From positions 3,648,001-3,712,000 of the forward strand of contig JBKAGP010000001.1 in assembly GCA_046290465.1 (NCBI GenBank): a stretch of 64,000 nucleotides of DNA. Reading direction: 5' to 3'. This document shows positions 17,031 through 26,208 of the stretch, in pieces. The stretch is from Planctomycetota bacterium (lineage in GTDB: Bacteria; Planctomycetota; UBA1135; UBA2386). The notes beneath the pieces are model-generated. The model was not told where the DNA came from. It searched no databases and saw only the letters and a program-made list of their open reading frames with translations. The translations under genes and the position numbers were made by a program. How positions within the stretch are numbered: position 1 is the stretch's first letter; every line of letters starts with the position of its first letter.

Positions 17031-18188
17031 ATGAGCAAGGCCCACATCGCAATCATCTGTGCCATCGGTCTGTCCGCAGGTCCGTTCGCGACCTGCATCG
17101 CACAGCAGCCCCATGGCATGGCGGCCGACGGCATGGCGGCGTTCGCCGAGCTGTCGCCGGCCCGGCAGAAGAAGCTCGTAAAGGAGATGCGGCTCGCCGC
17201 GGACGCGATCGAGCACGTCGCGTTCGACGCGCAGCGGGAGCTGCTCGCCCAACTGCGGAAGGCGAAGCTCGCCAACCAGAAGAGCAAGCTCGGCAAGACC
17301 AAGGAGTCGAAGAAGCCAGCACCCAAGGCCCCCGCGAGCTGGCAGCTGCCGGCCGTCGTCACCTACCGCTACGGCTTGGCCCGGATCGAGCCGGTGCTGC
17401 GAACGGGCGGTCGCAACGCGCTCAAGGCCGCCGAACTGCGCGTGCCGACCGAGCTGTTGCTGCTCGGCATGCTGCCGGACGCGGACCTGGTCGTCGCCGA
17501 ACTTCAGCGCCAGATGGACGGCGACCGGTCGGCCGACCCGTTCATGCGCTTCCTCGAGCTGTGGCGCAACGGCGACGAGAGCTTCTACCAGGCGCTCGAC
17601 CGGACCGCCGGCACGCAGGACAGCGTGTTCTTCTACGACGTGATGCTCGGCGACTACGTCAAGAGCTTCGGCAAGGGCAAGAGCGCCGCCGCCAAGCACC
17701 TCGCGAGCAGCCTCGACGCCGCGCACGATGCGCTGCACGACTCGTTCTTGAGCTACCGACAGTACCGGGCGTTCCGCGAGGCCGTCGCGCTGTCGCTGGT
17801 GCTGCCGCCGGACGTGCAACTGCCGGCGCGGCTACGCCGCTACGAGACCGCCGCCGAAGGCCTCTACTCGCTGCGCGACCAGGTGCAGATGGTGCTCGCC
17901 GCCAACGACCACGACCCGCGCGCCGTCACCACGCTGGTGCGCGAGACCGCCCCGCCGCTGCCGGACCCGCTGTGGTCGAGCAGCTACAACCCCTACGACG
18001 GCTGGACCAAGGTCTTCCAACGCGCGATGCCCAAGATGATCGCCGACAGCGGCAGCACCGACGCGTTCTTGGCGAAGGCCAGCAAGCAGGCGACCGAACG
18101 CGCGACGACCGTGCGCAACGCAGCACGCGCCGCGCTCGGCCTGCCGACCGGCGAACCCCGCCACCTCGGCGGCGCGGCCCCGCAATAG
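17031..18188 (+). CDS. Secreted hypothetical protein
   Basis: Long ORF with GC3-biased codons and a signal-peptide-like N-terminus. Confidence 0.75.
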   Translation: MSKAHIAIICAIGLSAGPFATCIAQQPHGMAADGMAAFAELSPARQKKLVKEMRLAADAIEHVAFDAQRELLAQLRKAKLANQKSKLGKTKESKKPAPKAPASWQLPAVVTYRYGLARIEPVLRTGGRNALKAAELRVPTELLLLGMLPDADLVVAELQRQMDGDRSADPFMRFLELWRNGDESFYQALDRTAGTQDSVFFYDVMLGDYVKSFGKGKSAAAKHLASSLDAAHDALHDSFLSYRQYRAFREAVALSLVLPPDVQLPARLRRYETAAEGLYSLRDQVQMVLAANDHDPRAVTTLVRETAPPLPDPLWSSSYNPYDGWTKVFQRAMPKMIADSGSTDAFLAKASKQATERATTVRNAARAALGLPTGEPRHLGGAAPQ

Positions 18189-18223
18189 ACCCTCCGACGA
18201 CGACCGCGGCCCTCAAGAACGAG

Positions 18224-18270
18224 CAAACACCGCATACCGAACCGGGTTCATCCTGCGCCGTGAACGGCGC
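18224..18270. repeat. REP/REPIN-like element, copy 4 (left arm plus partial right arm)
   Basis: caaacaccgcataccga...ggttcatcctgcgccgtgaacggcgc, between convergent genes. Confidence 0.85.
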
Positions 18271-18301
18271 GGCGGCAGCGGTCGTTGGGCTGGGGGCGCG
18301 G

Positions 18302-19393
18302 CTAGGGGGACGTTCGGTTTGCGGGCCGGCACGTCGACAACGCGTAGAGAACCACCAATGCGAGCAGGCTGACGACGGCGACCTTGCCGGCGAGGGCAGG
18401 GCCGCCAGCCGCGGCGGCCTTGGCCGGCGCTGCGGCGAGGCCGAGCGTGTGGGCCAGCGCACCGCCGGCCATCAGGCCCGCGACGCCGACGAACGCATCG
18501 CCGTTGCCTTCGCCGGTCAGCACGATCAGGCGCACCGGGCAGCCCCCGCAGAGCGCGCCGCACAGGCCGACCAGCATCAATCCGAGCAGGTTCCAGAGCC
18601 AGACGCCGTGGGCGACCGGCGCGTCGAAGCCGAACGTGAAGCGACCGCCGACCAGGGCGACGAGCGCGTAGGTGCCGACCATCGCCCCCGCCGCGACCAG
18701 CATCGAACGGCGACCGCCGAACACCTGCCGCATCGCGGAGATGCCACAGAACCCGGTCGCCGACAGGATCGCGCCGGCCACACCGCCGATCGCGAGCGCC
18801 CACAGCCACGGAGCATGGCCGGGCGGACCACCGACGCCGGGACCGGGGCCGGCGAGCACGTCCGTCGCCACGAACACCACCAGCAGCCCGACGCACGCGA
18901 TCGGACCGAGCAGCCCGACCCCGAGCGGCACTTCGTGGGTCTTCCCGATCGAGTAGCCGCGCGCCTCGAACCCCATCGCGATCCGCACGCCGAGGCCGAA
19001 GCCCGGCAGCGCGAGCCAGGCGTTGAGGTCGCCGCCACCGAGCCGCTGGAACAGCCGGAACGGACAGCCGAGGAACACCAGCGCGCCGACGGCCATCGCC
19101 GCCGCCAGCAGGAACCGCGCCACCGCGTTGGATCCCGAGCGACCGACGTGGCGCCCGCTCACCAGACAGAACAACAGTGCGCCGAGCACGACGCCGGGCA
19201 CCTCCGGCCGCAGGATCGATGGCCCTTGGTGCAGGCCGAGCGCACCGGCGACGTCACGTGCGAAGCAGGCACCGCACAGCCCCATGTTCCCCGGGTTGCC
19301 CAACAGCACGAGCGCCGCCGCGAGCGCGCCGACCACCGCCATCAGCAGGACGCCCGCGGTTCGGCGGGCCGGAGTCACTTCGCCACGTAGCAT
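18302..19393 (-). CDS. yedE: YedE-family putative selenium-metabolism membrane protein
   Basis: GNPGNMGLCGACFARDVAGALGL, LRPEV, FLGCPFR..RLGGGDLNA, GGCPVRL..L.GEGNGDA. True start may be 19378 or 19342. Confidence 0.85.
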   Translation of the reverse strand: MLRGEVTPARRTAGVLLMAVVGALAAALVLLGNPGNMGLCGACFARDVAGALGLHQGPSILRPEVPGVVLGALLFCLVSGRHVGRSGSNAVARFLLAAAMAVGALVFLGCPFRLFQRLGGGDLNAWLALPGFGLGVRIAMGFEARGYSIGKTHEVPLGVGLLGPIACVGLLVVFVATDVLAGPGPGVGGPPGHAPWLWALAIGGVAGAILSATGFCGISAMRQVFGGRRSMLVAAGAMVGTYALVALVGGRFTFGFDAPVAHGVWLWNLLGLMLVGLCGALCGGCPVRLIVLTGEGNGDAFVGVAGLMAGGALAHTLGLAAAPAKAAAAGGPALAGKVAVVSLLALVVLYALSTCRPANRTSP

Positions 19394-19585
19394 CTGCGGA
19401 ACTGTGCGGCGAGCCGGCGACGCTGTCAGCAGGGAAATGCCACGCGACCGCCCCCGGCCCCTGGGTCGCGGACTGCAGCGTCGAGCAGGACCGCGTCCTC
19501 GTCGACTGGAGCCCGGTCGACGACGGCGTGCGCATCGAGTCGCAGCTGTCGATGACCCCGATCCGGTAGGCGCCTCGTCGGCGGA

Positions 19586-20068
19586 TCAGCGCTCCGACGA
19601 ACCCTCGCCGCGCCGTTCGCCGGCACCGCCGGACTCGCCTGGCTCGACGCCTTCGACGTGGACCTCGGTGATCTCGATCTTGACGTCGAGCTCCGGCCAC
19701 TCGTGCGCCGACAGACCGACGGAGTAGTCGCCGGAGAACCCGTCGAGCACGAGCTCGCCGCGCCAGCGACCGGCCATGGCGGGCAGCTGGCCGGTCTGCT
19801 CGACGTGACCGCCGCGAGCCGCCACCTGCCAGACGACCTTGCCGCCGGGATCGCGGAGCGAGAAGCGCGCCGCGCCGCCGACGCCGCACACGTCGAGGTC
19901 GACGTCGAGCACCGATGCGCGCTGCGGACACTGCAGGTCGAGCTGCACGGTCTCGCTGCGTTGCTCGATCCCGTAGGCCGCGTCGGTTCGCGAGATCGAG
20001 ATCGAATGGGTGGCGCAGGCGGAGAGCAGACCGAAGGTGGTGAACAGGGACAGGAAGAGCATTCGCAT
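19586..20068 (-). CDS. Hypothetical lipoprotein
   Basis: MRMLFLSLFTTFGLLSAC lipobox. Confidence 0.7.
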   Translation of the reverse strand: MRMLFLSLFTTFGLLSACATHSISISRTDAAYGIEQRSETVQLDLQCPQRASVLDVDLDVCGVGGAARFSLRDPGGKVVWQVAARGGHVEQTGQLPAMAGRWRGELVLDGFSGDYSVGLSAHEWPELDVKIEITEVHVEGVEPGESGGAGERRGEGSSER

Positions 20069-20199
20069 CGCGGCGCGAGGTGGCCTGCCGGCGCGCACCG
20101 CCGTCGATCGTGGGCAGTTCTCCCGTCGACCGGTCGTCGCGCCCGCGTTGCCGCAGGCGGCATGGGTGGACCCGGGCAGGTTCGCGGTAGCATGCGCAG

Positions 20200-21030
20200 A
20201 TGGCGCGCGTCGGTGATGGCTATGAGCTCGAACCCGACCAGCTCGACGCGTTCGCGCGCGACGGCTGGGTGGTGTTGCCGGACTTCCTCGACGAGCAGGA
20301 GCTCGCGCCGCTCGAGCAGGCCTACATGCGCCTGCTGCGACGCGAGGTACCGGTCACCGGTCGCGACTACTGCGACATGACCGGCAACTACGCGCGGCCG
20401 ATCGAGCAGTTCGAGATCCTCAACGTGATGCTGCCGCGCACCTACCTGCCGGACCTGCAGGGCAACGTCTACGAACGGCGCGCCGCGGACGTCGTGCGGC
20501 AGCTGCTCGGGCACGGCTTTGCGATCGACTACGACCAGCTGGTCGCCAAGCCACCGCAGCGCCACGGCGCGGTGTTCGGGTGGCACCAGGACCTGGGCTA
20601 CTGGCCGATCACGCCGGACACCCGCACCGCCACGTTCTGGCTGGCGCTCGACGACGTCGCCGACGACAACGGCTGCGTGCGCTTCGTCGACGGCTCGCAC
20701 CGCGAACCGGAGCTGCGGGAACACGTGCCGCTCCAGGGGGACCGCGACGAGAACCACTCGCTGGTCGCCGAGGTCGACCCCCGACGCGACCGCATCCGCA
20801 GCGCGGCGATGAAGCGCGGCTCGGTGACGGTGCACCACGAACGGACCGTGCACGGCTCGGCCGGCAACCACAGCGACCGCTGGCGACGCGGCTACGTGCT
20901 GGCGTTCCGTTCGCAGGCGACGATCGCCGCCGAGCGCGCGATGGGCTTCACGCACTCGCACAACGACGAGGTCGAGGTGCTGACGATGATCGGCGAGCAG
21001 ACGCGCCGCCGGCAGGCGCGCCGGGACTGA
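20200..21030 (+). CDS. Phytanoyl-CoA dioxygenase (PhyH) family Fe(II)/2-oxoglutarate oxygenase
   Basis: WHQD...W, FWLALDD...NGC..F..GSH, HGSAGN..D.WRR. Confidence 0.9.
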   Translation: MARVGDGYELEPDQLDAFARDGWVVLPDFLDEQELAPLEQAYMRLLRREVPVTGRDYCDMTGNYARPIEQFEILNVMLPRTYLPDLQGNVYERRAADVVRQLLGHGFAIDYDQLVAKPPQRHGAVFGWHQDLGYWPITPDTRTATFWLALDDVADDNGCVRFVDGSHREPELREHVPLQGDRDENHSLVAEVDPRRDRIRSAAMKRGSVTVHHERTVHGSAGNHSDRWRRGYVLAFRSQATIAAERAMGFTHSHNDEVEVLTMIGEQTRRRQARRD

Positions 21031-21134
21031 CGGCGGTCGCGGCGGCCGGCTCGCATCCGCCAGGACAGCGATCCACTGGCTCGCCTGGGGCCGCGGCCCC
21101 CGGCCAAGGCGACGGGCTCGCGGCCCCATTCCGA

Positions 21135-21333
21135 ATGCACGATCGTGCACGCGAGCACTGCCACCGCCCGCCATGCCGTGGTCACGAGCACATGCATGCA
21201 CGTTCGTGCATCCCAATGGCGAACGGCCCCCCAATCCAACGCGCCGGGGCCGCGATATGCATGTTCGTGCATTGCGTCTTGCGCTCAGGCCCCAGATCGC
21301 CGATCTTCCGCCATGACATGCACGATCATGCAT
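21135..21333. repeat. Four 16-bp palindromes (consensus ATGCACGATCGTGCAT) at an exact 61-bp period
   Basis: Starts at 21135, 21196, 21257 and 21318, with unrelated 45-bp spacers. Confidence 0.9.
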
Positions 21334-21548
21334 TTCCACAATCGCTCGGCGAACGCCTCCGCCAACGCCGCGCCGAGCTCGGGCTGAAGCAGGTCGACCT
21401 CGCCGAGCTCGCCGGCTGCTCGACCCGCTTCGTGCACGCAGCGGAGGCCGGCAAGCCGACCCTCCGACTCGACAAGCTGCTGCAGCTGCTCGACGTGCTG
21501 GGCCTGCGGCTGGTCGTCGAGCCCGCGCACGGAGGCGATCCCCGATGA
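21318..21548 (+). CDS. HipB-like (y4mF-type) XRE HTH antitoxin
   Basis: LGERLRQRRAELGLKQVDLAELAGCSTRFVHAAEAGKPTLRLDKLLQLLDVLGL. ATGA overlap with hipA. Confidence 0.88.
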   Translation: MHDHAFPQSLGERLRQRRAELGLKQVDLAELAGCSTRFVHAAEAGKPTLRLDKLLQLLDVLGLRLVVEPAHGGDPR

Positions 21549-22786
21549 ACGCCCCCGACTACCGGCGGGTCGCGGTCGGCGCCGTGCACAAGGCCGGCGA
21601 ACCCGCCGCCCGCCTGACCCGCGAAGCCGACGGCGGGATCACGTTCTGCTACGAGCCCGGCTACCGCGGCCCCGCCGTCGCCACGTCCCTGCCGCTCGGC
21701 GCCGAGCCGGTGCGCACCGTCGGCGGCGCGCTGCCGCCGTTCTTCAGCGGCCTGCTGCCCGAGGGCCGGCGGCTGACCGCCATCCGCAGCGCGGTGAAGA
21801 CCTCGGCCGACGACGAACTGTCGCTGCTGCTGGCGGTCGGCGCCGACGTCGTCGGCGACGTCCAGGTCCTGCCCGAAGGAACCTCCGCACCGCCCGACGA
21901 GCAGACCCAGCCCAAACGGCAGACCCAGGCCCACCAGCAGATCCAGGCCGTCGGCTCGTTCGCGGACGTGTCGTTCCGCGAAGTGTTCGAACGCGCAGTC
22001 GGCCCGGAGGCCGAAGACCGCACCGCGCTCGCAGGCGTGCAGGACAAGGTCTCCGGCCGGATGATCTCGCTACCGGTCGAACATCGCGACGCCGCCTGGA
22101 TCCTCAAGCTCGATCCCCCCGAGTTTCCGCACCTGGTCGCCAACGAAGCGTTCTTCCTGGCGGCGGCGCGCGAGTCGGGGCTCACGGTCGCCGAGGCGCA
22201 CGTCGTGCACGACCGCGACGGCGCACCGGGACTGCTCGTGCGTCGCTTCGACCGCGTGCCCGGCGACGACGGCCGGACGCTCGAGCCGCGCGCCCAGGAG
22301 GACGCCTGCCAGGTGCTCGGCCGCTACCCCGCGGACAAGTATCGCCTGACCACCGAAGAACTGATCGCCGGCCTCGCCGCACGAACGGGCGCACCGATCG
22401 TGGCCGCACGCACGCTGCTGCAGCAGCTCGCGTTTGCCTACCTGAGCTGCAACGGCGACGCCCACGGCAAGAACTTCTCGATCGTGCACACCGGCACGGA
22501 ATGGCGCGTCTCCCCGGCCTACGACCGGCCCTCGACCCATCCGTATCGCGACGTCACGATGGCGCTGCCGATCGCCGGCAAGGACCGCGAGGACATCGGC
22601 CGCGCCGACTTCGTGACGGCGGGCGAGGCCTGCGGCGTGCCCGCCCGCGCCACCGCGCGGATGCTGGACCAACTGGTGAGCACGGCACCGCGCTGGCTCG
22701 AGCGACTGCACGAGCTGCCGTTCGACGGGCGTGCGGTGCACAAGCTCGAGAAGGCGTGTCGGTATCGGCTGGAGCGGTTGCGGTGA
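21545..22786 (+). CDS. hipA: HipA-family kinase toxin
   Basis: N-terminal LPPFFSGLLPEG, P-loop LAGVQDK, ILK, NE, RRFDR, EDACQ, NGDAHGKNFS, SPAYD. Confidence 0.92.
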   Translation: MNAPDYRRVAVGAVHKAGEPAARLTREADGGITFCYEPGYRGPAVATSLPLGAEPVRTVGGALPPFFSGLLPEGRRLTAIRSAVKTSADDELSLLLAVGADVVGDVQVLPEGTSAPPDEQTQPKRQTQAHQQIQAVGSFADVSFREVFERAVGPEAEDRTALAGVQDKVSGRMISLPVEHRDAAWILKLDPPEFPHLVANEAFFLAAARESGLTVAEAHVVHDRDGAPGLLVRRFDRVPGDDGRTLEPRAQEDACQVLGRYPADKYRLTTEELIAGLAARTGAPIVAARTLLQQLAFAYLSCNGDAHGKNFSIVHTGTEWRVSPAYDRPSTHPYRDVTMALPIAGKDREDIGRADFVTAGEACGVPARATARMLDQLVSTAPRWLERLHELPFDGRAVHKLEKACRYRLERLR

Positions 22787-22888
22787 GTGCGGACTGCGTG
22801 CGCGCGGGGCACCCGTGGTCTGGGGATCATCCGCAAGCTGCGCGAAGCCGGACCGCCGCGACCGCCATCGCCACGAGGCACCACACCC

Positions 22889-24745
22889 TCACCTCTTCGT
22901 TGCGGTCAGGGTGATCTGCTCGACACGCCGCGACGACAACGACACGACGCTGCGGTCCAGCACGTTGGAACCCTCGAGCAGGGTGACCACGTAGTCCCCC
23001 GGCGGCTCGACCAACCGAACCATCTCGCCGCCCTGCACACGGCGCATCGGTCGGGCGATGTGCATGAAGTCGCATCGCACGATCATGAGCTGGAGCGGGA
23101 CGGCACGTGCATCGGCCACCTCTACGACGCATTGGGCAAAGGGCGCGAGCCGCAAGCGCCCCTCGCGCAACACCTTCATCAGTTGCGGACCACTCAGCAG
23201 GGCGCCACCCCCGTCATCCGAGTCCCATCGGAACGCATCCCCAAGCTCTTCGCCCCGTATCCACACGTCGTGCACGCCCGAGAAGCGCTGGACCTCCTTC
23301 CAATCACCCCACATCCCTCGCACGAACCTCGCCTGCTTGACGGAGCCAACCGCATTCGCAGCGCACTCGACCCGGAGCGGATAGCGCTCCTGGACTCCGA
23401 CTGCATCGACCACGAGGTCCTGACGGCTACGAGCCCCTGGCTCGCAAACGACATCCACGCTACCGACGTGGCCGCCAACGACGAGAGGGCCGCTGATCGC
23501 CACTCGCCATATCCCGGCAAGCGGCGGAGGAGACGCAAACCGGAACTCCCCACTGCCGCTGGTCTCCGCCTGCATGTGCCAGCGATGAGGCATGCCAAGA
23601 CCAGCGGCACTGCCAAGGTCCATCGCCCGGAATACGTCGACAGCCAATCCCGCAGCATCGAGCGGCACCGCCTCGAGCGTCACGCCAGGCAGTGGCCGCC
23701 CCTCGCACAACACCATGCCCGCCAGTGGCTCGGACTCATGCACGTGCAAGTCACAATGCGCGCGCCGAACATCCGCGTCCACACGCACGCGGGAGACCGA
23801 ACCCACATACCCCGTCGCCATGACGGTCACCTGGTATTCGCCTGGCCTGGGCAAGTCCAACGAATAGGACCCGTCATCGGCGGAGGAGAGCTTCGTATGG
23901 AATGGGCTGGCAAGGAACTCGCCCATACCTGATACGGCGATGCGAGCGCCAGACACCCCGACCCCATCGTGGAGCACCCGCCCAGCGAGACGGTAGGTGG
24001 GCGCCCCGACCCTCAGCTCCACTCGAGACACCCCACCCGGAGCGACGCTGACCAGAGTGGATGGAGACACCATCCCTTCACCATCCGTTGCGGCGACGTA
24101 ATAGACCCCATCGGGGCTGACCCTCAATTCGGCGCCCCCATCCGGCCCGGACCTCGCATGCCCAGCACCGGCATATGGCTTGCCCTGCGCGTCTCCAGCG
24201 ACGCCCCGAACGGTCGCGGCCACGATCGCCCCGGAAACCGGCGCATCGTGTTCGTCCAATACCGTGGCCGCGATCCGCGCCCAGGGCCGCAACTCCATGA
24301 GCACCTCGTCCGCCCCAGCGGTCGTCGCCACAGCCAGGGACCTGGTCCCAAACCGCTCGTGGGAAGCCTCCAGTTCCACCAGCCCGACGGGTAGCCCGAC
24401 CCGCATCCCGCCGTCGTCTTCCGTCAAGCCTTCCTGGACGTGATCGCCGCTACGGATCCAGACCCGCACACCGCCGACACGTTGGCCACCTGGCGCCTGG
24501 ACGAGAATGAGATCTCGAACGAGGTCTTCGCCGGAGAGCGCATCACGCACCACCGGCTCCGTTGAAGGGACGTTCCCCTGCGCTGGTGCGGCTGCGCCTT
24601 GTCGATGCGAACCATCGTCACGCTCACCACGAGGCCTCGGAACGCCGCTGCTGGCGATGATCGCCAACAGAACGACGCCGAGAACCAGCGCAGTTGCCGC
24701 CAGCACCGCGAGCCGAACACGTGCGCTGTCCATTGCCTCTCCCAT
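22889..24745 (-). CDS. Membrane-anchored carboxypeptidase-regulatory-like (Cna-B-type) repeat protein
   Basis: N-terminal TM helix and repeated G.V.D..G.PV.GA.V...DG.Y.L beta-sandwich motifs. Atypical codon usage. Confidence 0.7.
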   Translation of the reverse strand: MGEAMDSARVRLAVLAATALVLGVVLLAIIASSGVPRPRGERDDGSHRQGAAAPAQGNVPSTEPVVRDALSGEDLVRDLILVQAPGGQRVGGVRVWIRSGDHVQEGLTEDDGGMRVGLPVGLVELEASHERFGTRSLAVATTAGADEVLMELRPWARIAATVLDEHDAPVSGAIVAATVRGVAGDAQGKPYAGAGHARSGPDGGAELRVSPDGVYYVAATDGEGMVSPSTLVSVAPGGVSRVELRVGAPTYRLAGRVLHDGVGVSGARIAVSGMGEFLASPFHTKLSSADDGSYSLDLPRPGEYQVTVMATGYVGSVSRVRVDADVRRAHCDLHVHESEPLAGMVLCEGRPLPGVTLEAVPLDAAGLAVDVFRAMDLGSAAGLGMPHRWHMQAETSGSGEFRFASPPPLAGIWRVAISGPLVVGGHVGSVDVVCEPGARSRQDLVVDAVGVQERYPLRVECAANAVGSVKQARFVRGMWGDWKEVQRFSGVHDVWIRGEELGDAFRWDSDDGGGALLSGPQLMKVLREGRLRLAPFAQCVVEVADARAVPLQLMIVRCDFMHIARPMRRVQGGEMVRLVEPPGDYVVTLLEGSNVLDRSVVSLSSRRVEQITLTATKR

Positions 24746-24963
24746 CACCGATTGCCCCTGCTGCTCCAGACCCGCACCGCCAAGGCAGCATCGCCATCCG
24801 TTGCAGCGCGGCGGTCACGGAATGGTGCAATCTTGCGAGACGCAACGATCCGCAACAACCGCCCTGAAGCCAACACAGGAACACCCGGGCCGATTCCCCC
24901 GGCAAAGCCACGCGGCCTTCGTCCACCTGACGCGACGACCGGCAGCACGGCTGCCCCACATCG

Positions 24964-26055
24964 ATGACCCACCACCTACTGCGATCCACTCTCGGCGCTG
25001 CCCTGCTCGCATCGCCACTCCTTGCCCAGCAGGATGCGCGCGACCTCCATCAGAAGCTCGTCGAAGAGCACGTCGCAGCGAAGCTGGCACGTTCTGCCGA
25101 GTCGACGCGCATCCGGCAGTCCGCGGCCTACAGGCAAGCCGTCGAAACCGGCGACTTCGACGGCAGCCGCAAGCTCCTCGCGAAGCTGCCCGACACCGAA
25201 GCGGCCATGCGTCCCAGGTTCGAGGCTGCGCGCGCCAGGTTCAAAGGCACACCGGGCGAGGCCTGGTTCCTCGCCTGGCTGCTCGACAACGTCATGCCGC
25301 CGCGTGGCCAGCCAAGCCCGTATGCGCAGCAGCTGCTCGAGCGGCACGCGGACCACGAGATCTGGAAGACCCTCGCGCCGAACGCCCGCTACTTCTTCGG
25401 CAAGGACCCGAGTGAGGCCCTCGCCACCCTGCTCGCCAAGACGCCGTTCGACGAAGTGCGGGTGTGGGTGCGCTACGGCCAGGCACGCACCAGGCTTCGC
25501 TCGAAGTCCACGAGCGAGGAACAACGAAAGCTCGCGCAAGCTGAGCTGGACCGCATCGTGCGCGAGCACCCCGACAGCATCCCCGCGATGACGATCGCTG
25601 CGCCGCAGTTCCAGAAGGAGCACCTCCAGGTCGGCATGAAGGCGCCGGACATCGAGGGCGTCGACCTGGACGGCAAGGCGTTTCGACTGACGGACTACCG
25701 CGGCAAGGTCGTGTTGCTCGACTTCTGGGGCGATTGGTGAGGCCCGTGCCGGGCCATGTACCCCCACGAGCGGTCGCTCGTGCAGAAGTGGAAGGACCAG
25801 CCGTTCGCCCTGATCGGCGTCAACTCGGATGCCAACCTCGCCTACGCCAAGGCTCGCGTTCGACAGGAGCAGATCAACTGGCGTTCGTTCTGGAACGGCC
25901 CGCTCGGGACGTCGGGACCGATCTCCAGCCGGTGGGGCGTGCGCGCCTGGCCGACGCTGTACGTCCTGGATCACGAGGGAGTGATCCGGTCGATCGATCC
26001 ACGCGGTGAGGCGTTGGATGATGTTCTGACGGAGCTGATCGGGCGGGCGCGTTAG
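24964..26055 (+). CDS. Secreted TlpA/redoxin-family protein with in-frame UGA (probable selenoprotein, UxxC)
   Basis: APDIEGVDLDGK.F.L.DYRGKVVLLDFWGDW-TGA(25738)-GPCRAMYPHE...IGVNSD...WPTLYVLD, all in one frame. Confidence 0.9.
25741..25782 (+). promoter_or_regulatory. Candidate bacterial SECIS hairpin(s)
   Basis: ggccc-gtgcc-gggcc directly after the UGA, and cacgagc-ggtc-gctcgtg with a G-led loop 32 nt downstream. Confidence 0.5.
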
Positions 26056-26208
26056 GGCGCGGCGCTGGTGTGCCATTGCGACGATTGCGGCACCAGGCCA
26101 GCCAACTGTCGGGCGGACGACGCCTCGTCTGCGCCGGCGCGGCGGTGATGTGACCCGCGGCGCCAGCTCCGCAAGCGGCACGCCCACACCGACGGTCCGC
26201 CGCCACCC

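Noticed and set aside
19400..19570. Short plus-strand coding-like stretch (…QDRVLVDWSPVDDGVRIESQLSMTPIR)
   Set aside because: It has no convincing start or family match. It may be a gene remnant but cannot be supported.
21135..21333. Calling the 61-bp periodic array a CRISPR
   Set aside because: The period equals type I-E, but the repeats are only 16 bp and imperfect, one overlaps a start codon, and no cas genes are present. It is kept as an operator-like array.
25756..26055. Separate 99-aa gene, or pseudogene call for the redoxin
   Set aside because: It is in frame with the upstream ORF across a UGA at the catalytic position, so recoding is the simpler explanation.
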